Under the pieces are notes generated by a model. The model was not told where the DNA came from, searched no databases, and saw only the letters and a list, made by a program, of their open reading frames with translations. Both the position numbers and the translations under genes were made by a program. Shown here piece by piece: positions 47,760-56,031 of a DNA stretch of 64,000 nucleotides. Source of the DNA: a virus. The stretch lies in IMG/VR virus record IMGVR_UViG_3300045988_113168; one strand, 5' to 3'. Each line of letters starts with the position of its first letter. The stretch's first letter is position 1.

Positions 47760-48437
47760 ATGATGGCTGATACTTATATTAAAATCTGGGATACTTATGA
47801 GAGCTACTTTGAACCCCTTAGTGCTGCAGAGGTGGGGCGTCTGGTACTGGCGATGATGAAATATAAATCGTCTGGAACGGAGCCTGAACTCAACGGAAAT
47901 GAGCGGTATGTGTGGCCTGCCGTGAAGAGAGATTTGGATAAAGATGCCGAATACATCGAAGGTAAGAGAATTTCTGGTAAAGCTGGTGGCTCATCAAGCA
48001 AGCGTAAGCAAAACGAAGCAAACGCAAGCAAAACAAAGCTAGAAAAAGAAAAAGAGAAAGAAAAAGATAAGATATCGTCTTCGTCTTGTGATGAGACGAC
48101 AACGACGAAACCTATCGAGGATGTTTTCCGAGAGAATATCGGGAAGCTTGGTGCTACTGGTCGAAAGGCTTTAGCAGAATATGTTGAGCGCATGGGTGAC
48201 GAACTTGTGCTTGCTGTGATTGGTAAGTGTTCTGATCTCGGCGGTAGCACATGGGCTTATGTGCGAAAAGCTCTGGATGAAGCAGAATCTCTTGGTTGCA
48301 AGACTGCTGATGATTATCGCCGGGCTTGTCCGATAGGGAGTGGTCGTAATCTTAGAGTGAGTAAGGAGATGCCTAGTTGTGGTGATTGGCTGAAGAACGC
48401 GACGCATAGACGTCCGCTGATAAAGAAAGACGCTTAA
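47760..48437 (+). CDS. DnaD-like replication / replisome-organizer protein
   Basis: 225 aa; N-terminal helical domain, K/E-rich linker, C-terminal FRENIGKL....ALAEYVERMGDELVLAVIGKC......WAYVRKALDEAE resembling the DnaD C-domain. Confidence 0.5.
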   Translation: MMADTYIKIWDTYESYFEPLSAAEVGRLVLAMMKYKSSGTEPELNGNERYVWPAVKRDLDKDAEYIEGKRISGKAGGSSSKRKQNEANASKTKLEKEKEKEKDKISSSSCDETTTTKPIEDVFRENIGKLGATGRKALAEYVERMGDELVLAVIGKCSDLGGSTWAYVRKALDEAESLGCKTADDYRRACPIGSGRNLRVSKEMPSCGDWLKNATHRRPLIKKDA

Positions 48438-48460
48438 AAGTAATATTTTAGGAGGAGCTT

Positions 48461-48652
48461 ATGGGTAATTGGTACAAAGTATCAGGTCAATACGATGACG
48501 GTTGTAAGGTGTATAAGAAAGACTATATCGTCTTTGCAGAGTCCAGCTCTGATGCAGAACAAAAGATTTTTCACTTGAAATTGCCGTATGATTGTTCTTT
48601 TTTTCCTTGCACGGTAACTCAGTTGATTAAAAATATTATTTATGAATTTTAA
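48461..48652 (+). CDS. hypothetical protein
   Basis: 63 aa, SD AGGAGGAG. Confidence 0.55.
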   Translation: MGNWYKVSGQYDDGCKVYKKDYIVFAESSSDAEQKIFHLKLPYDCSFFPCTVTQLIKNIIYEF

Positions 48653-48680
48653 TAAAAGAGTGATTTTAGTGGAGGAGAGT

Positions 48681-48851
48681 ATGAGTGAAGCTGAATATAT
48701 TGAGAAAATCAGACGCTTAGAGATGACGGTTGAAGAACAAAATAAACTGATCAGAAAAGCTTATTGCGATTGGGTGGCGCTAGTAGCCTTTTTAACAGCA
48801 GTTATGTTGTCATATTATATTTTCTTTGGAGTTATTGTTTCTTTAAGTTGA
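48681..48851 (+). CDS. small tail-anchored membrane protein
   Basis: 56 aa after GGAGGAG; C-terminal TM helix. Confidence 0.5.
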   Translation: MSEAEYIEKIRRLEMTVEEQNKLIRKAYCDWVALVAFLTAVMLSYYIFFGVIVSLS

Positions 48852-48866
48852 TTGGAGGTTTGAATT

Positions 48867-49268
48867 ATGGGACTGTTACTTGGTTTGGGTCTGCTTGGCG
48901 CAGCGTTTGGTATTGACGCAGTAAAGCAAGCGCCGTTTGATAGAGCGTATCGCCGTCTCGAAAACGAATGGGGCACTTGTACATCAGAGGAGAATAAGCG
49001 GTGCGACGCTCTAAAGTATGCTGTACAGAACGGCTTGTGTTTCGAGGACGAGAAGAAGCCTGTTATCGAATGGAAGAAACTGAGAGATCTTCAGTGGAAG
49101 TATCAGTTGGCCGGTATTTCTTGGCCGAGAGAATCTGCAATTCGAGATGTGTGTCGTTTGGCGGCTCGTGACCGTGGATTTGAGTATAAAGGGTATCTGC
49201 GAAACACATTGACGTTTGGTTATATCACTGATCCGAAAAACATTTGCAAGCTTGGTATTGTAGATTGA
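48867..49268 (+). CDS. hypothetical protein with N-terminal TM/signal segment
   Basis: 133 aa; MGLLLGLGLLGAAFG. Confidence 0.6.
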   Translation: MGLLLGLGLLGAAFGIDAVKQAPFDRAYRRLENEWGTCTSEENKRCDALKYAVQNGLCFEDEKKPVIEWKKLRDLQWKYQLAGISWPRESAIRDVCRLAARDRGFEYKGYLRNTLTFGYITDPKNICKLGIVD

Positions 49269-49282
49269 GAGGAGATTTGAAA

Positions 49283-49588
49283 ATGAATAACACTCGTAGA
49301 AAAGCTATAAAACAGACCATTGACCGCTTTGATTCCATCCGTAAGAAGCTGGATGAGCTGGTGTCGGAGTTCGAAAGTGTAAAATCAGACGTTGAGGATA
49401 TTCAGTGGGAAGAAGAAGAGTATCGTGATAACATGCCGGAGAACCTACAGGGAAGTGAACGGTATGACAAAGCAGATGAAGCTTGCACAAACCTGTCTGA
49501 TGCAGTGGAAGCTTTGGATGATATGATTAGCGCTCTGGATTTCGATTTTGGTGATGTGACTACATCTTTGGAGGAAGCAATGGAATGA
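49283..49588 (+). CDS. hypothetical acidic protein
   Basis: 101 aa from MNNTRRK, SD GAGAGGAG. Confidence 0.55.
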   Translation: MNNTRRKAIKQTIDRFDSIRKKLDELVSEFESVKSDVEDIQWEEEEYRDNMPENLQGSERYDKADEACTNLSDAVEALDDMISALDFDFGDVTTSLEEAME

Positions 49589-49773
49589 TTAAGACCACAA
49601 ACCCATTAAAGAGAAATGCATGGGCTGTGTTCTTGTACAGAGGTAGGCAAGTTGGTTCATATCTACTGCGTAATAGCAATCTTGGCGACAAGGAGCGTAT
49701 GGTAGAATTGCTGGCACGAAAGTACATGACAGAGCCAGAAAATATTGTTGTCGATATTGAATTTAAAGATTGA
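49585..49773 (+). CDS. hypothetical protein
   Basis: 62 aa, ATGA overlap. Confidence 0.55.
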   Translation: MIKTTNPLKRNAWAVFLYRGRQVGSYLLRNSNLGDKERMVELLARKYMTEPENIVVDIEFKD

Positions 49774-49873
49774 GGTGATAGAGAATGACCGCGTTTGCAA
49801 TGTTTGCTTTTAATGTGGCATTGATAATAGCAGTGAATAATAGTCCGTTTGTATTTTAAGTGGAGGTGAGAAT

Positions 49874-50101
49874 ATGAAAGAACTGGAAGAAATTTACAAT
49901 CGATTATATGATGAATACATTGACGCTAGACGAGAGCATTTTGAGTCTGCTCTCGATATGAAAAAGAATGGTGACAGAATATATCTACATGGTAAAGTGC
50001 ATGGGTTAGAAATTGCTATTAACATCGTCGATGAAGTGCTCGAAAGGGTTAAGGAAGAATATATCAAGGAAGCTTTTGACGTAGACCCATATAAAACCTA
50101 A
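49874..50101 (+). CDS. hypothetical protein
   Basis: 75 aa, SD GGAGGTGA. Confidence 0.6.
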   Translation: MKELEEIYNRLYDEYIDARREHFESALDMKKNGDRIYLHGKVHGLEIAINIVDEVLERVKEEYIKEAFDVDPYKT

Positions 50102-50118
50102 ATTCTTTGAAAGGATAA

Positions 50119-50370
50119 ATGGGAATGGATAGTAAGAAAACAAAAGAACTGCGGGCTGGTGTTATGAAAGTTGTCAGCTGGTTGGATAATAATTGGCGTT
50201 GGATTCATACCAATGATTTTGGAAATGAAGAAAAGGCAATGGATTCCGTTGAGATTTACCATACAGTCTTGAATACTGTTGAGATGCTTGGTGGTGATTG
50301 GCAGCGTGACGAGAATGGAAAGCATCGGGTGTTTATCGCCGGAGTTGGTGGAAAGGCAGAGACGGAGTAA
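50119..50370 (+). CDS. hypothetical protein
   Basis: 83 aa; start 50119 or 50125. Confidence 0.55.
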   Translation: MGMDSKKTKELRAGVMKVVSWLDNNWRWIHTNDFGNEEKAMDSVEIYHTVLNTVEMLGGDWQRDENGKHRVFIAGVGGKAETE

Positions 50371-50727
50371 AATCCGGGTTCTTGTGGATACTTAACAAAA
50401 GGATGTGTAGACCGATGATATAACTATTGATGACGTAGGATTATTAGTAAAATTTTGGTAATTTTGATAATTGTGTTGAATAATATCTTTATGCGGTGTA
50501 TGCTTGAGACGACCTCAATACAAGATAATCAAGCCAAAAGAAATGTGAGGGTAGTATAATGTGGACTATGATAGTTTTTGCTTATGGTGGCTAATATCGT
50601 GCTTGTGTATAGTATGATGAAAGTAGCCTCTCTTGCTGATGCTCAGAGTGAGCGGAAGGTGATTAAGCTTGACGATGCTCAAAATGAGCGGTTAACAAGG
50701 GAACATGGCCGGAAGGAGTGATATAAA

Positions 50728-50937
50728 ATGGATAGTAAAATCATTGGATGGTTAAGCACAACCGATGGAAAATATAATGTTGACATTTGTATTTCTACGC
50801 CAGATAATAATATCACGCTGGGATATTTCAGTGATGCTCCAGATATGGAATTAAGTTCTGTGACATTAACAAAAGAAAATGCTCAATTATTGATTTCTTT
50901 TTTGAATGTTGCGATTGATACGACTGATAAAAGTTAA
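50728..50937 (+). CDS. hypothetical protein
   Basis: 69 aa, SD GAAGGAG. Confidence 0.6.
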   Translation: MDSKIIGWLSTTDGKYNVDICISTPDNNITLGYFSDAPDMELSSVTLTKENAQLLISFLNVAIDTTDKS

Positions 50938-50955
50938 GTTCTAGGAGAGTTTTAT

Positions 50956-51204
50956 ATGATTGCTACAGAGTTAATTAAGATTTTGGAAAAGCTACCAAGT
51001 GATGTTTTTATCGAAACGGATAGCGGCTGGGAATGTGATGCAACAGAGGTGAATGCTGCTTATTATAGCAGTCAAAAAAATGTTTTGGTTTTAACATGGA
51101 AACCGCAAGGAAACTATAAATATTACGAGGAATCTCCAAAATGGGAGTGCGTGTTCTGCAATGTAGACAGTCATTCCCCGGTAGTGCTGCATTCTGATTT
51201 TTGA
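50956..51204 (+). CDS. hypothetical protein
   Basis: 82 aa. Confidence 0.6.
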   Translation: MIATELIKILEKLPSDVFIETDSGWECDATEVNAAYYSSQKNVLVLTWKPQGNYKYYEESPKWECVFCNVDSHSPVVLHSDF

Positions 51205-51235
51205 TAAAAGCTGAGATTTAAGGAGGATTTTATTT

Positions 51236-51487
51236 ATGCTTTTTGAAAAGAATATGTTTGCTGACTGTTCTAAGGCTGAACTTGAGATGATGGTTAGAGC
51301 AATTGAAAAAGACGAAAGTTGCGGCCTACTTACTTTTGGATATGAAGCAATGGCCCGTCAAATTGAACGAATCCAAAGATACCTTAGTATTGATTACGAA
51401 AAGAAACGCTTCGATTCCGCTTCGGCATATAACATGGCGCAGAAAGAATTGTATGAAGAAATCTCTAAAAGATATTTTGAAAGCTAA
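51236..51487 (+). CDS. hypothetical protein
   Basis: 83 aa, SD AAGGAGG. Confidence 0.6.
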   Translation: MLFEKNMFADCSKAELEMMVRAIEKDESCGLLTFGYEAMARQIERIQRYLSIDYEKKRFDSASAYNMAQKELYEEISKRYFES

Positions 51488-51525
51488 TAGGAGCCTAAGA
51501 TTTCCTGAACTTTAAGGAGGTTACA

Positions 51526-51774
51526 ATGAATATAGTTGGACATTCCGTTTTAGAACGAGCAGAAAGAGAGCTCCGGGGCCAGTTTTCTGATACTGATGTT
51601 GAATTTTTCCGCAGGGGAGATGGCATAGACGAACCAATTCACTTGGTCGTTTCGTTGCCCGGAATCACAAAAGAACCAGATGAGACAATTTTGATTGGTG
51701 AAGCCTTAATTGTTGCCGGTAAGGCAGCAAAAGAATTTAAGTACAACGGATATTTTGTCGATTACAATGTTTGA
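51526..51774 (+). CDS. hypothetical protein
   Basis: 82 aa, SD AAGGAGG. Confidence 0.6.
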   Translation: MNIVGHSVLERAERELRGQFSDTDVEFFRRGDGIDEPIHLVVSLPGITKEPDETILIGEALIVAGKAAKEFKYNGYFVDYNV

Positions 51775-51803
51775 TAAAAACTAAGATTTAGAAGGAGATA
51801 ATA

Positions 51804-51956
51804 ATGGGCGTATTAGTAGACCGGGAAACGGCAAAGAAAGTCGAAAGAATCTTTGAACATCCAAACGAAATTTACTCTGTATATCTCAAATCGTCTGACG
51901 AAGCAGTCTGGCTCCAAGGAAAAGTTGAACTATACAAATATTTAAGAAGCTTGTAA
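51804..51956 (+). CDS. hypothetical protein
   Basis: 50 aa, SD GAAGGAGA. Confidence 0.45.
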   Translation: MGVLVDRETAKKVERIFEHPNEIYSVYLKSSDEAVWLQGKVELYKYLRSL

Positions 51957-51983
51957 AACCAAGTTCTACGGAGGAAATACATT

Positions 51984-52181
51984 ATGAAAAAGTTCGTTGC
52001 TCTTTTTGAAGGTTGGAATGATAAACACGACCATGAATGTATGTGCTATGTTATTGATGTGGATGATGACTTTGAAAGCATTTTGAGTGTTGAAGAACAG
52101 GCAGAGAAGATGGCTCGAAACGAGTATCCTCATCTGAAAAGTTTTGAGACGCTTTACATCAAAGAACTGCTTAACAGATAA
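51984..52181 (+). CDS. hypothetical protein
   Basis: 65 aa, SD GGAGGAA. Confidence 0.55.
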   Translation: MKKFVALFEGWNDKHDHECMCYVIDVDDDFESILSVEEQAEKMARNEYPHLKSFETLYIKELLNR

Positions 52182-52200
52182 AACTAATCTTTTATAGGAG

Positions 52201-52779
52201 ATGACTTCGGTGATACTAACATTAGGTATCGACAATTTTGATAAAGACAAATTTGAAATTCCTCATAATTCAGAAAAATCACAGTTCTTGAATAAGCCGG
52301 CAGGAGGTTTGTGGGGTTCAACTTTTACTCCAAATTATAATTATGTAAGTGATTGGGCGATGTTTGTTTTTGAAAACGATTTTGCCACTTCTATATACCG
52401 CAATGGAATCGCATACGAGCTAAATTCTAACGCCAGAGTTTTAGACGTTGATACTCGTTATGATTTCGTCAAACTGTTGAAGAACTTTGGGTGCCTTTGG
52501 CTTCCTGGATGTGCTTTAATTTGCATTCAAAACAAACGATTTATAGATTGGGACAAGATTGTTAAGCTTTATGACGCAGTTCATTTTAGTCGAGAAGCGA
52601 TTATATCTTGTCGTTTTATAATGAATGAGGAACGATTGGATAATGGCAAAGTGTTTACTGTGTCCAATTTGTACTCGTATGATTGCGAGAGTTGGGTAGT
52701 GTGTAACCCCGATGTGATTGATATGAAATCGATTCGCAAGATCGAATTAGATAGTGAAGGACGATTGGTGAAAAGCTAA
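52201..52779 (+). CDS. hypothetical protein
   Basis: 192 aa; start uncertain (ATG 52201 abuts the SD, GTG 52210 is better spaced). Confidence 0.6.
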   Translation: MTSVILTLGIDNFDKDKFEIPHNSEKSQFLNKPAGGLWGSTFTPNYNYVSDWAMFVFENDFATSIYRNGIAYELNSNARVLDVDTRYDFVKLLKNFGCLWLPGCALICIQNKRFIDWDKIVKLYDAVHFSREAIISCRFIMNEERLDNGKVFTVSNLYSYDCESWVVCNPDVIDMKSIRKIELDSEGRLVKS

Positions 52780-52798
52780 GTAAAAGGAGATGGCTACA

Positions 52799-53107
52799 AT
52801 GAAGCGAAGAGTAAATGGAGATAAGTTCAAACGTGCAAAACAGTACATTGACAATAATCTGGGGCCAACTGAATTTTTGGCTTTGTGTTATGACTTGTAT
52901 GATTTTGAGCATGGAGTAAATAATAAGCCGAGTGGTCCATTTAATAAGACTCTGGATGTTCTTGGAATGTGGGATGAAACAGACTCTGTGGCCGCAGCAA
53001 TCATGGACTCTGCACACAAGATGTTTGGAAAAATGGTGTTTATGCTGCTGGAAGACAATGTGACGGAATATCTGGACTATGATGTGGATTGTTTGCACAG
53101 TGATTGA
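52799..53107 (+). CDS. hypothetical protein
   Basis: 102 aa from the second ATG, 9 nt after AAGGAGA. Confidence 0.55.
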   Translation: MKRRVNGDKFKRAKQYIDNNLGPTEFLALCYDLYDFEHGVNNKPSGPFNKTLDVLGMWDETDSVAAAIMDSAHKMFGKMVFMLLEDNVTEYLDYDVDCLHSD

Positions 53108-53134
53108 TAAAACCAATATTTTAGGAGTAATATT

Positions 53135-53314
53135 ATGAAAACTTTTGATGTTTTAAAAGCTGGACAGACTATTGTGGCCGAAGACGGGGACACAATGAAA
53201 GTTATTGATTATGATTTTTATGGAACGGGGCAGAAGATCATGTGCTTCATGTCGGATCATTGTGTATATCCATCAACTGAGTTTAATGCAGGCGATTGGG
53301 AGATTGAAAGTTGA
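53135..53314 (+). CDS. hypothetical protein
   Basis: 59 aa, SD AGGAG. Confidence 0.5.
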   Translation: MKTFDVLKAGQTIVAEDGDTMKVIDYDFYGTGQKIMCFMSDHCVYPSTEFNAGDWEIES

Positions 53315-53329
53315 GAGGAGGTTTTATTT

Positions 53330-53956
53330 ATCACTAATAAATTGTTAATAAATCGTGAGCAAAGCGTTGCTATTGTATGTATAATGTGCTTGCTGGCAGG
53401 GAATCTAGTAGCGAAAACGTTACCAAATGTTGGAGCTGAAAGCACGTATACATATTATAATGGTCAATTTACTTCAAATGTTGCACAAGCAACAAAAGAG
53501 GATGAGAATGACGAGCCTGTGATCTTCGTAAAGGAAATCGTTGAGACGCGAGTTGTGAATTTCAGCCAGGGTAAACATGAACTCACAGATGACGAGCGTG
53601 CTCTTGCTGAACAGATTGTTGCTTGTGAAGCAGGTGCTGACAGCCTGGAAGGCCAGATGGCCGTAGCTCAATGCCTTTATAATTCTGCCGTGCTTGATGG
53701 CTTAACCATCCAACAGGTCTTCAAGAAGTATGGGTACAGTACCTTATATAATAGGAAGGTGACGGCAGAGAACGAACTGGCCGTGTCTATGGTGTTTGAT
53801 TATGGCGCTAAAATTTCAGACAAGCCAATCCAATGGTTTGTGACCCCGGCAGCTGCTCCTAGCAGTTGGCACGAGCAAGGGGCAACGTTCGCGGGTAAAT
53901 TTGGCGCACATAGGTTCTATTATAACGCAAAGTTGGTTGTGGATGATGCCGAGTAA
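53330..53956 (+). CDS. SleB/CwlJ-like cell-wall hydrolase with N-terminal signal anchor
   Basis: LAEQIVACEAGADSLEGQMAVAQCLYNSA matches the Hydrolase_2 motif as I recall it. The SD GAGAGGAGG is 8 nt before an in-frame ATC (53330); the first canonical start (TTG 53342) has no SD. Confidence 0.6.
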   Translation: MTNKLLINREQSVAIVCIMCLLAGNLVAKTLPNVGAESTYTYYNGQFTSNVAQATKEDENDEPVIFVKEIVETRVVNFSQGKHELTDDERALAEQIVACEAGADSLEGQMAVAQCLYNSAVLDGLTIQQVFKKYGYSTLYNRKVTAENELAVSMVFDYGAKISDKPIQWFVTPAAAPSSWHEQGATFAGKFGAHRFYYNAKLVVDDAE

Positions 53957-54010
53957 ATGGTATCATCTAAAATTTTGATAAAACAGCACAACAAAAAGAT
54001 GTGAAATATA

Positions 54011-54038
54011 TTGACTAAAACAAAAGGCTGTGTATAAT
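54011..54038 (+). promoter_or_regulatory. sigma70 promoter with extended -10
   Basis: TTGACT-16 nt-(TG)TATAAT. Confidence 0.6.
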
Positions 54039-54080
54039 ATATCTTGAAAGTTGTTTGCGTAAGTGGAAGGCGGTATTGTG

Positions 54081-54407
54081 ATGAGTGAGAGAAAGGTTCT
54101 GAAGATTATACGGGTTGATGATTTTTTAAAGTACATAAGAAAAAAGCGAGTGTGGGTTTGCTTTGTTTGCAATGGTGTGGATGTTCATATGGTTTGTAAC
54201 AAAATGGCCGACATTAGCGCAGAGACGCATGGTGTTGTCAAAGGTGTTGGCTTTTTCGGGAACGAGAATCATGTTGAACTGCAGCAAGAATGTCACGAAG
54301 TAAGAATGGTGGAGCTTAGACCTACCAGCAAAGAAAAAGCCTATGAGATGATCTTCAGCAGTACCAATGTGATTGTGTCAGAGAATCCTGAGTTGTACGG
54401 GCACTAA
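54081..54407 (+). CDS. hypothetical protein
   Basis: 108 aa from MSERKVL. Confidence 0.55.
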   Translation: MSERKVLKIIRVDDFLKYIRKKRVWVCFVCNGVDVHMVCNKMADISAETHGVVKGVGFFGNENHVELQQECHEVRMVELRPTSKEKAYEMIFSSTNVIVSENPELYGH

Positions 54408-54425
54408 AAATATTTAAAAAACCTC

Positions 54426-54454
54426 TTGACTTCTGCAAAGGTATCCTGTATAAT
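54426..54454 (+). promoter_or_regulatory. consensus sigma70 promoter overlapping reversed motif copy E
   Basis: TTGACT-17 nt-TATAAT; drives the MazF-like gene. Confidence 0.7.
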
Positions 54455-54462
54455 ATAGCTAT
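54441..54462 (-). repeat. 22-nt motif copy E (reverse orientation)
   Basis: GTATCCTGTATAATATAGCTAT; inverted partner is copy F, 1.47 kb away. Confidence 0.8.
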
Positions 54463-54497
54463 GGAACGGAGCTACACTATTATAGAGGAGAAAGACT

Positions 54498-54917
54498 ATG
54501 GACAACAATATTGACCCGAAGGTCGGAGAGGTTTGGTTGGTTGATCTATCTAATGCGACGGGCCATCAGCAGCGCGGTATTCGACCGTTTGTTGTGACAA
54601 GCAACAACAAGCGCAACTTCTTCAGTCCCACAATCAAAGGGAATCCGTTGTCTTCCAGAATATACAAGCGTTCTCCGGTTCATGTCCTGCTCTCAAAGGA
54701 AGATTGCGATTTTCTGGAAGTTGACAGTATCGTTCTCTGCGAAGAGACTGATACGCTTAACAAAGGGCAGTTCATCAAAAAGCTTGGTGTCTTGTCTGAG
54801 CGTCATATGAATATGATCGCAATGGCCAGATGCAAGGATGAACCGTTTTTGCTCGCAGCATTCCTAAGCGGCGTACAACATACTATGGAATTTCAGAATT
54901 TTGCCGCATTTGCTTGA
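54498..54917 (+). CDS. mazF: MazF/EndoA (PemK)-family endoribonuclease toxin
   Basis: 139 aa; GEVWLVDLSNATGHQQRGIRPFVV.SNN..N.FSPT ... DSIVLCEETDTLNKGQFIKKLG.LSERHM aligns with B. subtilis EndoA as I recall it. Confidence 0.75.
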   Translation: MDNNIDPKVGEVWLVDLSNATGHQQRGIRPFVVTSNNKRNFFSPTIKGNPLSSRIYKRSPVHVLLSKEDCDFLEVDSIVLCEETDTLNKGQFIKKLGVLSERHMNMIAMARCKDEPFLLAAFLSGVQHTMEFQNFAAFA

Positions 54918-54970
54918 TTTTTTATAAGGGTTAATGGTACACTACATATAATAAGAAGGAGTGTGCCATT

Positions 54971-55897
54971 ATGCTTACTGAAGAAAAGATCAACGCTTTT
55001 GCTGAAAAGTATTCTGATAGAAGCGGCGAGTTTGTTATATCGACACTTAACCATGTTATGGACTACGAAGCGGAGTGCGGGTATGAGCTATTCGACTTCA
55101 TAAAAGATGACTTTGTAAAGATGTTTGCCAAATACAATTGGGTAAACTCAAGTCGTTCGTTTAAAAATGTGAAGTCGATAATCACTGGCTACATCAAGAG
55201 CGAAAATCGTACAAGCGTGTATGATTTGGCTGAATTTTCAGAGAGTGATGTGAGCTCAGACAATATGTACGAGGACAAGTATTTTGCATCGGTTGATGAG
55301 TTTGTTGACTTCTTAAACAAGTATGAAGAAGCGTATCAGGTTCGTATGAATGTGATTGCTGTTTTGTACTGGATTGGGCTCACCTCTGAGGAAGTTTCTA
55401 ATCTAACAATTAACGATGTGGATTTTGAATCTCGTACTGTTCTTGACAAGACTGATGTTGATGGAAGGCTGATGGATATCATTAAACAGTGTTATGAGAT
55501 GAAACAATATGATGCGCCCAATATGGGAGGATACAGAACATTTTATGTCATAAACGGTGATTACATCCTTCGCAAAACAGAGGATAGAACTGGTGCAGAC
55601 AGTGATTCAAGAATGTCTACAAACACAATTCATAGTTATTTCACGCGCTTGAATGATATTCTCGAAAGAAGATATCATTCAAAGGCTTTAGACCGAAGAC
55701 ATCTGACCAGAAACGGCGAGTATGTCAAGGTTTATAACTACTGTAAAACTCATCCAGAATTTAATCTTGCAGAACTTAGTTTCGGAAATGGTAAAGATCC
55801 TCTTGCGGACATTATCGGAAGAAAGTGCAGCAAGGTTGCCTACATTAGTTTCCGGCAAGGATACAAGGGCTGGATCGAATACTTCCACAAAAATTAA
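54971..55897 (+). CDS. tyrosine-recombinase-like protein with degenerate active site
   Basis: 308 aa; box I-like VLYWIGLTSEEVSNLTINDVDF (Thr where the catalytic Arg is expected) and RRHLTRNG (HxxR-like). Confidence 0.4.
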   Translation: MLTEEKINAFAEKYSDRSGEFVISTLNHVMDYEAECGYELFDFIKDDFVKMFAKYNWVNSSRSFKNVKSIITGYIKSENRTSVYDLAEFSESDVSSDNMYEDKYFASVDEFVDFLNKYEEAYQVRMNVIAVLYWIGLTSEEVSNLTINDVDFESRTVLDKTDVDGRLMDIIKQCYEMKQYDAPNMGGYRTFYVINGDYILRKTEDRTGADSDSRMSTNTIHSYFTRLNDILERRYHSKALDRRHLTRNGEYVKVYNYCKTHPEFNLAELSFGNGKDPLADIIGRKCSKVAYISFRQGYKGWIEYFHKN

Positions 55898-55901
55898 AAA
55901 C

Positions 55902-55927
55902 AGGGGGCTTCGGCCCCTTGATTTTAA
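55902..55927 (+). terminator. rho-independent terminator
   Basis: GGGGC-UUCG-GCCCC followed by TTGATTTT. Confidence 0.7.
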
Positions 55928-55932
55928 CACGG

Positions 55933-55953
55933 TAACTATATAACACAGGATAC
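55933..55953 (+). repeat. 22-nt motif copy F
   Basis: TAACTATATAACACAGGATAC, upstream of the RNA-repair gene. Confidence 0.8.
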
Positions 55954-56031
55954 TCAACTAAAATAGACATTTTATGAAGAATTGGAAATGAATAAATAAC
56001 GATAATACGTTAACCAAAAGGAGAGAAAACG

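Noticed and set aside
50559-50721. Overlapping mini-ORFs (MWTMIVFAYGG* and MVANIVLVYSMMKVASL...) that could be one frameshifted membrane protein
   Set aside because: Both are very short, there is no slippery motif, the SD is weak, and the evidence is too thin.
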